Positions 29,466 through 38,219 of a DNA stretch of 64,000 bases are shown one piece after another; positions within the stretch are counted from its first letter, which is position 1; every line of letters begins with the position of its first letter. The stretch lies in the NCBI GenBank assembly GCA_946500425.1, contig CAMMVQ010000003.1, forward strand, positions 524 through 64,523. The letters are read 5' to 3'. Under the pieces are notes generated by a model. The model did no database searches, was not told the DNA's origin, and was given only the letters and a program-made list of their open reading frames with translations. The position numbers and the translations under genes are program-made. The DNA is from an uncultured Mollicutes bacterium (GTDB lineage Bacteria; Bacillota_I; Bacilli_A; RF39; UBA660).

Positions 29466-30596
29466 GTGAATGAAAATATTTTGGTTAAAAATAGAGCTTG
29501 GATAGAAATAGATGCTCAGAATTTAAAGCATAACATAAAGGAAATAGAAGGATTGATGAAAAAAGATTGCAAGATAATGGCGGTTGTAAAAGCAAACGCT
29601 TATGGGCATGACATGGTTAAAATAGCAACGTTACTTAGTAAATTTGGAGTTGATTCTTTTGCGGTCGCTACCATTGAAGAAGCGATACTCTTAAGAAAAA
29701 ACAAGATAAAAGGGGACGTATTAATATTAGGATACACGGATTTTTCTTGCTTAAGTTTAATTAAAAAATATGACCTTACCCAAACGGTAATTGATTATAA
29801 TTACGCGATAAAACTTAATGAAACTTTAAAATGTAAAATAAACGTTCAGGTTAAAATTAATACCGGGATGAATAGGATAGGAATAAAGCATGATGCTTTA
29901 GATGAAATTATTGAAATTTTTAAGCTTAAGCACTTAAATGTAGCCGGAGTTTACACTCATCTTTGTTGCTCTGATAGTTTAGAAAATGATGATGTTAATT
30001 ATACTAGAAAACAGGTTGAACGTTTTAATAATTGTATTTTAAAAATTAAGAAAAAGGGTTTTAATCCTGGTAAGTTACACGTTCAAAGTAGCTACGGAAT
30101 AGTTAATTACAATGAGCTGTCTTATGACTACGTAAGACCCGGAATAATTATGTACGGTGTAAATGAAAACATCAACATGAACCTAAAAAATAACGTTGAT
30201 TTAAAACCGGTTTTAAAGCTTAAAGCCAAAGTGTCTAGTGTAAAATGGATTAGAAAAAATGAATACGTTGGTTATGCTAGAAAGTTTAAAGCTACTTCCG
30301 ATATGAAATTAGCTACTATTTCCATTGGATACGCAGATGGTTATCCTAGAAGCTTGTCAAATAAAAATGCTAAGGTTCTAATAAAGGGCAAATTATGTAA
30401 GGTGGTCGGTATGATTTGCATGGATCAAATAATGGTTGACGTATCAAGAATAAATAACGTTAAACAAGGTGACGTGGTAGAATTAATTGGTGATAAAAAT
30501 GAGATTAGAGTAGAATACTTGGCTAGTTTGGCGGGTACGATAAGTCATGAATTTTTAACTAACTTAGGTTCAAGGTTAAAAAGGATAATAAAATAA
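29466..30596 (+). CDS. alr: Alanine racemase
   Basis: PLP site AVVKANAYGH; GTG start. Confidence 0.9.
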   Translation: MNENILVKNRAWIEIDAQNLKHNIKEIEGLMKKDCKIMAVVKANAYGHDMVKIATLLSKFGVDSFAVATIEEAILLRKNKIKGDVLILGYTDFSCLSLIKKYDLTQTVIDYNYAIKLNETLKCKINVQVKINTGMNRIGIKHDALDEIIEIFKLKHLNVAGVYTHLCCSDSLENDDVNYTRKQVERFNNCILKIKKKGFNPGKLHVQSSYGIVNYNELSYDYVRPGIIMYGVNENINMNLKNNVDLKPVLKLKAKVSSVKWIRKNEYVGYARKFKATSDMKLATISIGYADGYPRSLSNKNAKVLIKGKLCKVVGMICMDQIMVDVSRINNVKQGDVVELIGDKNEIRVEYLASLAGTISHEFLTNLGSRLKRIIK

Positions 30597-30681
30597 AGGT
30601 AGCTAATAATTAAACTGAGGGCAACTTTTAAAACTAGCTTTGTTTGCCATTTCTTTTGAATAAAAAGGGATGGTGATAGTT

Positions 30682-30771
30682 ATGAGATTTAGATTTGAAA
30701 TAAAGTTTAACATCAAAATAATTATCCTTTTAGTGCTAGTAATAGATTTAATGGTTATTATTAATTATTAA
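30682..30771 (+). CDS. Candidate 29-aa hydrophobic peptide MRFRFEIKFNIKIIILLVLVIDLMVIINY (below the ORF-track cutoff)
   Basis: RBS GGGATGGTGA lies 5 nt upstream of the ATG. The peptide has a basic N-terminus and a 17-residue hydrophobic tail, and is followed by a hairpin at 30779-30808. No clear promoter of its own was found. Confidence 0.35.
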   Translation: MRFRFEIKFNIKIIILLVLVIDLMVIINY

Positions 30772-30856
30772 AAGAAAAACAGAGTTAGTTGTTGTAAACT
30801 AGCTCTGTCTTTCAAAAATACACATTTTGGAAAACAACTAGTAAGTTGTCCTCTCT
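30771..30856 (-). ncRNA. Predicted ~85-nt small RNA convergent with the 29-codon ORF
   Basis: It lies between the consensus minus-strand promoter (30863-30891) and the hairpin ACAGAGTTAGT/ACTAGCTCTGT (30779-30808). On the minus strand that hairpin is followed by TTTTTCTTTT. It also contains an internal hairpin GGACAACT..AGTTGT. Confidence 0.4.
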
Positions 30857-30862
30857 AAATAA

Positions 30863-30891
30863 ATTATATCCAAAAATGAAATAAATATCAA
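30863..30891 (-). promoter_or_regulatory. Near-consensus sigma-A promoter on the minus strand
   Basis: Minus strand reads TTGATA (30891-30886), 17-nt spacer, TATAAT (30868-30863). Confidence 0.65.
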
Positions 30892-30938
30892 TTGAAAAAG
30901 AAGAATTTACATTTGTTTTCCACAGTTAATCGAAAAAC

Positions 30939-30966
30939 TTGACAGGGGGGGGTAATATGATATTAT
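30939..30966 (+). promoter_or_regulatory. Promoter of the 31015 surface-protein gene with a G8 homopolymer in the spacer
   Basis: TTGACA (30939-30944), G8 (30945-30952), then taatatga, then TATTAT (30961-30966). The spacer is 16 nt and there is a TG at 30958-30959. Confidence 0.6.
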
Positions 30967-31014
30967 CAACATGTAAAACAACGAAAAATAAGAGTTATGA
31001 ACATGGTGATAAAG

Positions 31015-32163
31015 ATGAAGGAAAGAAGAAGTAGAAATAGGAAGGTATTAGGAATAATAAACGTAATAATCATAGTATACATATTTACGTTAGTAATAGG
31101 ATATTCATTTTTTAGAGAAAGTTTAAAAATAAGTGGTACCGTCTCAACCGAAAAGCCAAAAGATTGTCCGTTTGAACTTCAGGAGTTAACGTACCAATTA
31201 TATGATGATAGTCAGACCAACATTCTGTTTAATAAATATTATGCGGAGTATTCATCATTTAGATGGAATGACATTGATTTGGCAAAAGCTGATGAAATTA
31301 TAGATTTTTCCGGGCTTAATGGTATATTATATCCCTTTTTATCAATCGACGCATTCCCGTTTGATTACTATGATAAAAACAATAACATACTTAGTATGTA
31401 TGCTTCTTTAAATAGTCTTTACCCATTTGATGAAGAAAATGATTTATCTATGCTTCCTAAAGAATTTTATAAGGTAATGGCAAGACCAATATATTTTGTT
31501 TTTGAAAATACTACAGCATATACTTTGGATAGATTTATAATAAGTATAGATGAAAAAAATAATCCGTTTCTTACACATGATATTAACGATGACCCGCTTG
31601 GATTATTTGATGTTAGATGGGCTAAGATGAGTGATTTAGGACAAATTGTTGATGTTATAGAAATTGATTATACTTCCTCTTATGATTTGCAAGAAAGTTG
31701 GGTTGAGGGTGCTGGATTTGATGACCAACTGATCCAAAGTGTCTTTAAAGAAAGTGATATGACAATAGTGGATAATGCTCCTAATGATTCATATTATGTT
31801 TTAGATGAGTTTCAGGATGGAAGACTAATAAAATTCTCGACAACTCCGGTAGAACCAGGCCAGTATTTAGTATTGGGAATAAGATTTTTTAATATTTTAT
31901 TTAGTGATTACAATGATTGGGATAATTCCGTTACATCTAGTTTTAGTTCTGTAAATAGAGAACCAGATGGTATGGCTTTTAAGTTTTGGCCGAGTAACTT
32001 TTATGAAGAAAGTGCGTTTCATGTTAGATTTGCCTTTGATGATATAGACTTAAAATTTAGTAATATTAGTGAACAATTTGGCTGGGTTGTTTCTCGTGAA
32101 TCACTTAATGATTTTTATGCAAATCCAAATTCATATCCAACACCAGTTGATTGGTGGGAGTAA
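31015..32163 (+). CDS. Secreted or membrane-anchored hypothetical protein with a SipW/TasA-like N-terminal motif
   Basis: The N-terminus KVLGIINVIIIVYIFTLVIGYSFFRESLKISGTVST parallels GFAIFSESLNINGSAST of the 11726 gene. RBS GGTGA lies 5 nt before ATG 31015; in-frame ATGs at 30997 and 31003 are also possible. The rest of the protein is unrecognised. Confidence 0.7.
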   Translation: MKERRSRNRKVLGIINVIIIVYIFTLVIGYSFFRESLKISGTVSTEKPKDCPFELQELTYQLYDDSQTNILFNKYYAEYSSFRWNDIDLAKADEIIDFSGLNGILYPFLSIDAFPFDYYDKNNNILSMYASLNSLYPFDEENDLSMLPKEFYKVMARPIYFVFENTTAYTLDRFIISIDEKNNPFLTHDINDDPLGLFDVRWAKMSDLGQIVDVIEIDYTSSYDLQESWVEGAGFDDQLIQSVFKESDMTIVDNAPNDSYYVLDEFQDGRLIKFSTTPVEPGQYLVLGIRFFNILFSDYNDWDNSVTSSFSSVNREPDGMAFKFWPSNFYEESAFHVRFAFDDIDLKFSNISEQFGWVVSRESLNDFYANPNSYPTPVDWWE

Positions 32164-32174
32164 TAATTATATGC

Positions 32175-32200
32175 AAAGCTAGATTAAATCTAGTTTTTTT
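32175..32200 (+). terminator. Intrinsic terminator
   Basis: Stem AAAGCTAGA/TCTAGTTTT (one G-U pair) followed by a T-run. Confidence 0.7.
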
Positions 32201-32224
32201 GTTATAATCAAATGGGTGATAGTT

Positions 32225-32899
32225 ATGAAGTTACTTGAAAAGTTTAACATAAAAACTAGTAATATGCATCTTTATGATACCGCGTTTTCACACTCGTCAT
32301 ATTGTAATGAACATAATTTAAAAGAAGATTACCAGAGATTAGAGTTTTTGGGGGATAAAGTATTAGACTTAATCATGAGTGATTATCTTTATAAGACAAC
32401 GTATTATGAAGAAGGAAAGATGACTAAAATAAGAGCAATGTACGTGTGTGAAAACGCTTTGTATGAGTATGCTTTATTACTTGATTTTCCAAAATATATG
32501 AAGCTTGGTAAAGGAGAAGAAGCAAGTGGCGGAAGACACCGGAAAGCAACCCTTGCTGATATGTTTGAATCTTTTTTAGGAGCGGTATATTTAGACCAAG
32601 GATATAATAAAGCTAAAGAAATAGTGTATGAAGTGGTGATACCGTTTATAAAAAAAACTCCAGAAATCTTTTTTATGGATTATAAATCTAGGCTTCAAGA
32701 AATGGTCCAAACAACCAAGAAGTCAGTAAACTATGAATTAGTAAAAGAAAGTGGGCCAGCACATGATAGGACCTTTACGGTAAACGTTATCGTTGATGGA
32801 ATCGTGCTTGGTAGTGGTACCGCTAAATCAAAAAAAGAAGCAGAACAAGAGGCTGCTAAAGAAGCTTTAAATAAGCAAGCTGTGATTAAGGAAGTGTAA
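32225..32899 (+). CDS. rnc: Ribonuclease III
   Basis: Signature ERLEFLGDKVLDL and a C-terminal dsRBD (KKEAEQEAAKEAL). ATG 32225 follows GGGTGA. Confidence 0.95.
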   Translation: MKLLEKFNIKTSNMHLYDTAFSHSSYCNEHNLKEDYQRLEFLGDKVLDLIMSDYLYKTTYYEEGKMTKIRAMYVCENALYEYALLLDFPKYMKLGKGEEASGGRHRKATLADMFESFLGAVYLDQGYNKAKEIVYEVVIPFIKKTPEIFFMDYKSRLQEMVQTTKKSVNYELVKESGPAHDRTFTVNVIVDGIVLGSGTAKSKKEAEQEAAKEALNKQAVIKEV

Positions 32900-32901
32900 A
32901 A

Positions 32902-35850
32902 ATGTATTTAAAGGAAATAAGGGCGGTAGGTTTTAAGTCTTTTGCAGAAAAAATTAAAATAGAACTTACTGACGGAATATCTGGTATTGTTGGGCCTAAT
33001 GGTTCTGGTAAAAGTAACATCGTTGATGCCGTTAGGTGGGTATTAGGAGAACAATCGGTTAAGTCACTTCGTGGTGAGGGCTCGATGGCCGACGTTATTT
33101 TTTCAGGAAGTAAAACAAGAAAACCAGCATCAGCAGCGAGTGTCACCTTGGTTTTTGATAATAATGACCATTACTTACCAATATCTTATACTGAGGTTCA
33201 AATAAAAAGAACCATTTATAAAACTGGAGAAAACGAATATTACCTTAATAATGAAAAGTGCCGTCTTAAGGATATTAATGATTTGTTTGTTGATACTGGG
33301 GTTGATAAAGAGTCTTTTAACATAATATCACAAGGGGATATTGCGTCTGTTTTATCTAATAAGCCAGAAGAAAGAAGAGTAATGTTTGAGGCGGCGGCAC
33401 GGGTTTTAAAGTATAAAAAAAGAAAAGATGAAGCGCTAAGAAAACTTGATCGTACCCATGAAAACATTACTAGAATAAGTGATATTATTGGTGAGTTAGA
33501 AGTGAGTTTAGAGCCTTTAAAAAAGCAGAGCCTAGATGCTAAAAAGTACTTAGAAAGTAAGAAGAAGTTAGATGAGATAGAGGTTTCTTTAATCGTTAGT
33601 GAAGTAGATGAGATAAACAGAGAATACCAGGTTAATAAAAGGTTGGTATCTACTTTAAGTGAAGAAATTGAAAAGATGAGTTCTAATGATTCGATAGAAA
33701 ACTCAAGGGTAGAAGAATTAAAGCTTATCCAAACAAGAAAAAGCGAAGAGCTTTATGAAATGCAGCAACAGTTAGCCGTTGTCTCTGGAGAGGTAGAGGC
33801 TTTGGCGGGAAAGAAAAATCTTGTTGCGGAAAGACAAAAATATGATGCTAGCGACGCTAAAGTTCATGATAACTTAATGAACCTAAAAGAAAACGTTTTG
33901 AAAGTCCAAAACGAATTATTTGAAATAGAAAACAACCTTAACGTTTTAAACGATAAGTTGCTTTCTAACTCATCAAAGTTAAACGAAGTAAACGAAACGT
34001 TTAATGAATTAAAAAGACGTCATGATGATAACGAGCAGAAGCTTATTAAACATAACAGGCTTGAAAATGAAACCAGGTATAAAATAGAGATGTTAAGAAA
34101 CTCCATTGAAAATAATGATGGTTTACCTTACGCGGTTAAAAACATTTTATCAAATCCTAAATTGTCTGGTATTAGGGGAGTTATTGGGTCCATCATTGAA
34201 ACCGATGGAAAGTACGCAACTGCTATTAACGTTGCTCTTGGGGCGGCTTGTAACTACGTGGTTGTCGATGACGAATACTGTGCTAAGGCCGCGATTAATC
34301 ATTTAAAAATAAACAAGTTTGGAAGGGCTACTTTTTTTCCACTTAACGTGATTAAAGGAAAGCATATTGACGAGGAAACTTACCGGTTATTAAAGGGCAA
34401 CCCTGATTTTATTGACGTTGCTTCTAACTTGGTTAGGTATGATGATGTTTATCAAGAAATCATTAAGAATCAACTTGGAACAACAATCGTGGTGAAGGAC
34501 ATTGACGTTGCCAACCAAATAGCAAGAAAAATTAATTATCGTTATCGCATCGTTACTTTGGACGGAGAATTATTACACGTGGGAGGTTCTCTTACCGGTG
34601 GGGTGTTAAAAAATACATCGTCTCTAATAACTCAAAAACATGATTTACAAGGTGCTGAAAAAGAACTCTTGTCACTCCAAAGTATTAGAACTAACTTAGA
34701 AGTTAAAATAAACGAAGAAGATGATAAATACAAAAAAACGTTTGATCAAAGGTCGAAAATCTTGGATGAAAAAACCAGTTTAACAATGAGAATTTCAGTT
34801 CAAGAAGAAAGGAAAAAAGAAGCCGAAAACAGGCTTAGAAGCCTTAAGGAAGAAGAAAATAGCATAAAGGGATTAATTGACGATACTTTAAGTAAGGAAG
34901 AAGAAAAAATAATTGCTGATTTCTATGAGAAGGAAAAGTTAAGAAAAGAACTTTTAACTAAAATATCTCTTGTTAAGGACGAAATAAATGAGCTTAAAGA
35001 AGAAATTAGTCAAATTGAAATGGAAACCAAGGCTAATAACCAGTTGTTCTATAAGAAACAACAAGAGCTAAAGGAATTAGAAATAAAGGTAAACCGAGCT
35101 GACGTTAAGCTTGATAATCTTCTTAGCACCTTAAACGAAGATTATGCTTTGACGTTTGAAAGGGCAAAGCAAAATTACTTTCTTGACATGGACGTAAAAG
35201 AAGCAAGGCAAATAGTAGATAATTGCAAGCTTGAAATCAAAAAACTTGGAGAAGTTAATTTGGGTGCTATCGAAGAATATGAAAGAGTATCACAAAGACA
35301 CGAGTTTTTGACTAAACAAAAAGAGGACTTGGTAAAGGCGCAAGACACCATATTAGAAATAATTAAAGAGTTAGATGACATCATGAAGGAAAGGTTTTTG
35401 GAATCTTTTGAAAAAATAAAAATACAATTTAAGGAAGTGTTTAAAACGTTATTTGGTGGTGGAAGCGCCGAACTTAGACTAACTGATCCTAGTAACGTTT
35501 TAACAACTGGCATCGAGATAAGCGCCATTCCTCCAGGAAAAAAACTTCAGCATATCTCCCTTCTTTCTGGTGGTGAAAAAACGTTAACCGCCATCTCGCT
35601 TTTATTCGCCATCTTACAAACGAGACCAGTACCTTTTTGTATTTTAGATGAAGTTGAGGCGGCTTTAGATGAAGTTAACGTTGATAATTTCGGAAGGTTT
35701 TTAAAAGAATTTCGTAACAAAACCCAGTTTATCGTAATTACCCACAAGAAAAAAACCATGGAGTATGCTGACGTGTTATATGGTGTTACGATGCAAGAAT
35801 CTGGTGTTTCAAAATTAGTTAGTGTCAAATTAGAGGATGTTAGTAAGTAA
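32902..35850 (+). CDS. smc: Chromosome partition protein Smc (982 aa, short coiled coil)
   Basis: Walker A GPNGSGKSN, hinge region, signature LSGGEKT and Walker B ILDEVEAALD. Confidence 0.95.
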   Translation: MYLKEIRAVGFKSFAEKIKIELTDGISGIVGPNGSGKSNIVDAVRWVLGEQSVKSLRGEGSMADVIFSGSKTRKPASAASVTLVFDNNDHYLPISYTEVQIKRTIYKTGENEYYLNNEKCRLKDINDLFVDTGVDKESFNIISQGDIASVLSNKPEERRVMFEAAARVLKYKKRKDEALRKLDRTHENITRISDIIGELEVSLEPLKKQSLDAKKYLESKKKLDEIEVSLIVSEVDEINREYQVNKRLVSTLSEEIEKMSSNDSIENSRVEELKLIQTRKSEELYEMQQQLAVVSGEVEALAGKKNLVAERQKYDASDAKVHDNLMNLKENVLKVQNELFEIENNLNVLNDKLLSNSSKLNEVNETFNELKRRHDDNEQKLIKHNRLENETRYKIEMLRNSIENNDGLPYAVKNILSNPKLSGIRGVIGSIIETDGKYATAINVALGAACNYVVVDDEYCAKAAINHLKINKFGRATFFPLNVIKGKHIDEETYRLLKGNPDFIDVASNLVRYDDVYQEIIKNQLGTTIVVKDIDVANQIARKINYRYRIVTLDGELLHVGGSLTGGVLKNTSSLITQKHDLQGAEKELLSLQSIRTNLEVKINEEDDKYKKTFDQRSKILDEKTSLTMRISVQEERKKEAENRLRSLKEEENSIKGLIDDTLSKEEEKIIADFYEKEKLRKELLTKISLVKDEINELKEEISQIEMETKANNQLFYKKQQELKELEIKVNRADVKLDNLLSTLNEDYALTFERAKQNYFLDMDVKEARQIVDNCKLEIKKLGEVNLGAIEEYERVSQRHEFLTKQKEDLVKAQDTILEIIKELDDIMKERFLESFEKIKIQFKEVFKTLFGGGSAELRLTDPSNVLTTGIEISAIPPGKKLQHISLLSGGEKTLTAISLLFAILQTRPVPFCILDEVEAALDEVNVDNFGRFLKEFRNKTQFIVITHKKKTMEYADVLYGVTMQESGVSKLVSVKLEDVSK

Positions 35851-35853
35851 CCG

Positions 35854-35882
35854 TTGACCTAAGTAGTTTATGTTGGTATACT
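35854..35882 (+). promoter_or_regulatory. Sigma-A promoter
   Basis: TTGACC, 17-nt spacer, TATACT. Confidence 0.6.
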
Positions 35883-35903
35883 TTTTTAGAAAGTGGTGAT
35901 AAA

Positions 35904-36281
35904 ATGGCAAGGTATTGTGTTAATTGTGGAAAAGAGCTTAATGAGTCTGATAACGTTTGCTCTAATTGTGGAACTAGGGTTGAAGGTAAAAAAACGTACG
36001 TTAATCAGGTAAGTGAAAGTAGCAAAACCAATGGTTTTGCGGTTGCTGGTTTCGTTTTAGCATTATTATCATTTTTCTGTTGTGGTTCAACTTCTGTTTT
36101 GGGATTGGTATTTTCGATAGTTGGATTAGTAAATTCTAAAAAATATAATGATAACGGAAAGGGACTTGCGATTGCTGGTATCGCGATTAGTTGCGTTGGT
36201 GTTTTAATTTTAGTAATACTAAATATTTTTATTTACGTAGGTGGATATAGTTACAGCAACTTTTCTACTTACTATTATTAA
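35904..36281 (+). CDS. Zinc-ribbon plus DUF4190-like membrane protein
   Basis: CVNCG...CSNCG ribbon followed by two TM helices with a GLxxGIxGL pattern. Confidence 0.75.
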   Translation: MARYCVNCGKELNESDNVCSNCGTRVEGKKTYVNQVSESSKTNGFAVAGFVLALLSFFCCGSTSVLGLVFSIVGLVNSKKYNDNGKGLAIAGIAISCVGVLILVILNIFIYVGGYSYSNFSTYYY

Positions 36282-36307
36282 AGCTATATAATTAGCTTTT
36301 TCTTTTT

Positions 36308-36718
36308 ATGAAAAAAATTTTAGTTAATAGACCAGCTTTACTTTTTATTTCATTAATTATTTTTTTAGGTTTACTTTATCTTTTTCCGATTTTTATTAAT
36401 TACGTTAATTACGAGTGCTTTTGGAAAAAATATTTTAATATTACTTGCGCGGGTTGTGGTTTTACCAGAATGATAGAAGCATTATTTCATTTTGATTTTT
36501 ACCAAGCGTTTAGGTATAATCCGTTACTTTTTATTTTAGTAATTCTTTTTACCTTGTATTTAATATACGTACTTATTTGTGCTTTGCTAAATAAAAAGTA
36601 CTTTAAGTTGGGATATGAAAGTTTAGTTATTATGATTATTTTAATAATGATTTATATGATTTTAAGAAACGTACCTTTTTTTGAATGGTTAAAACCTGTT
36701 GTGTTAAGTGGTTTTTAA
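36308..36718 (+). CDS. DUF2752-like membrane protein
   Basis: CAGCGFTRM motif (CPxCGxTR-like) followed by TM helices. Confidence 0.7.
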   Translation: MKKILVNRPALLFISLIIFLGLLYLFPIFINYVNYECFWKKYFNITCAGCGFTRMIEALFHFDFYQAFRYNPLLFILVILFTLYLIYVLICALLNKKYFKLGYESLVIMIILIMIYMILRNVPFFEWLKPVVLSGF

Positions 36719-36749
36719 TGATAATATAATGTGTTAGTGAGGGGATTGT

Positions 36750-37307
36750 ATGAATAAATTAACAAAAGATGGTTTGGTAAGTTTTTATGATGAAGTATTT
36801 GTTCGTAATTTGGAAAGGGAAACTGAGCTTTTAAGCAAACGTAATTTATCGTATAAAGATTTGCCTGATGACATGAGAAAAATGGTGGACGAGATCATTG
36901 ATAACATAAAAGAAATTGTTATTGAAATCTCGGGGTTAATTGCTGCTGATTACTATGGTGGAAGAGTTTTCGCTTTTAAATATTTTTTTAAACGTTTTAC
37001 CGCTAGTGATGAATATAAAGAAAGACTTGAAGGGCATTATGAGTCGCTTGATGAATATAGGGACATTTTTAGGAAGATAGGCAAAATAATTGAGAACCAT
37101 GATGATAAAACGCTTGAAATTATTAGTTTGTCAAACTTAACTAGCGTTTTAGGATACGCTTCATTTATTCAAAATCAAATTTGTGATGATTATGCTTTGG
37201 ATAACGTTGGAAATTATAAAGATGGGGATGCTGTCTTTAACAAAGATATTTTTGAGTCGTTTGTTTTGCATAGTAATATTTTAAAAAGAAAAAACCAAGA
37301 AAGATAA
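36750..37307 (+). CDS. Hypothetical protein (185 aa)
   Basis: ORF with RBS GAGGGG. No recognisable motif. Confidence 0.6.
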   Translation: MNKLTKDGLVSFYDEVFVRNLERETELLSKRNLSYKDLPDDMRKMVDEIIDNIKEIVIEISGLIAADYYGGRVFAFKYFFKRFTASDEYKERLEGHYESLDEYRDIFRKIGKIIENHDDKTLEIISLSNLTSVLGYASFIQNQICDDYALDNVGNYKDGDAVFNKDIFESFVLHSNILKRKNQER

Positions 37308-37315
37308 CTTGGTTT

Positions 37316-37864
37316 TTATATTGAACGGTATTTATCGGCGTCTTTAAAAGGATTCTTTTTATCAATTCGGTCGAAAAACAAAATTCCTTGTAAATGGTCC
37401 ATTTCGTGTTGGACACATATTGCCATATCTTCTCTTAGACGGATTTGAAACTTACCGCCGTTTATGTCATATGCTTCAACCGTTACTCTTGCGTACCTTG
37501 GTATTATCCCGATTACCTCCCGGTTAACACTTAAACAACCTTCTCCTTGTTCGACGTAAATTTTCTCTTCACTATTACTTATTATTTTAGGATTGGCAAA
37601 AAAGTAATCCTTAAAGCTTCCGTCTTCTTGTTCTTCAACGATGACAAACCATCTTTTTTGAATTCCTATTTGTATGGCACTAAGACCCCAACCAGCTCTT
37701 AAGTTATATTTTTTGGCATATTCGTCTATTTGACTATATCTTAGGTTTTCCATCGCGTCTTTAATCGTTTGCTTTTCTTCTTTACTAAGAGGAAAAACGA
37801 CGTCTTTACTAATAAGTCTTAATCTTTTGTCCTTTTCATCTAATATTTTTAATTTTTTAAACAT
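37316..37864 (-). CDS. def: Peptide deformylase
   Basis: Motifs GLSAIQIG, EGCLS and HEMDHL. ATG 37864 follows GGGGTGG; the ORF track starts at GTG 37873. Confidence 0.95.
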   Translation of the reverse strand: MFKKLKILDEKDKRLRLISKDVVFPLSKEEKQTIKDAMENLRYSQIDEYAKKYNLRAGWGLSAIQIGIQKRWFVIVEEQEDGSFKDYFFANPKIISNSEEKIYVEQGEGCLSVNREVIGIIPRYARVTVEAYDINGGKFQIRLREDMAICVQHEMDHLQGILFFDRIDKKNPFKDADKYRSI

Positions 37865-37923
37865 AATTACCACCCCAAATCATTAGCTATTCTACCATAA
37901 AAAAAGAGGAAAGTAAAACTTTC

Positions 37924-38103
37924 CTAATTATTGCCTAACCATCTTGCTCCGATAACAATAACTAACAAGATGAATAATACTAAGATAATAGCTGCACCGT
38001 AGCCGGTGCCACCTTGACCATATCCATAGCCAGGATAAGCAAAGCCTCCGCACGAGCATGGAGAGTTAAATCCATAGCCACCTTGGTAACCATAATAGTA
38101 CAT
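37924..38103 (-). CDS. YjcZ-like tiny Gly/Tyr-rich membrane protein (59 aa), absent from the ORF track
   Basis: Hand translation gives [71 protein letters not shown] lies 8 nt upstream. The pattern matches the sporulation-associated YjcZ / tiny-TM family (from memory). Confidence 0.75.
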   Translation of the reverse strand: MYYYGYQGGYGFNSPCSCGGFAYPGYGYGQGGTGYGAAIILVLFILLVIVIGARWLGNN

Positions 38104-38219
38104 GTTAAAATCCCTCCTCCCACATTATCTATTGTATTTTACTCAAAACGTAAATAATGTGTTATACAAAACACCTAAGTATAAAAAATTTTAAAAATGT
38201 GATATCATATTTATGATGG

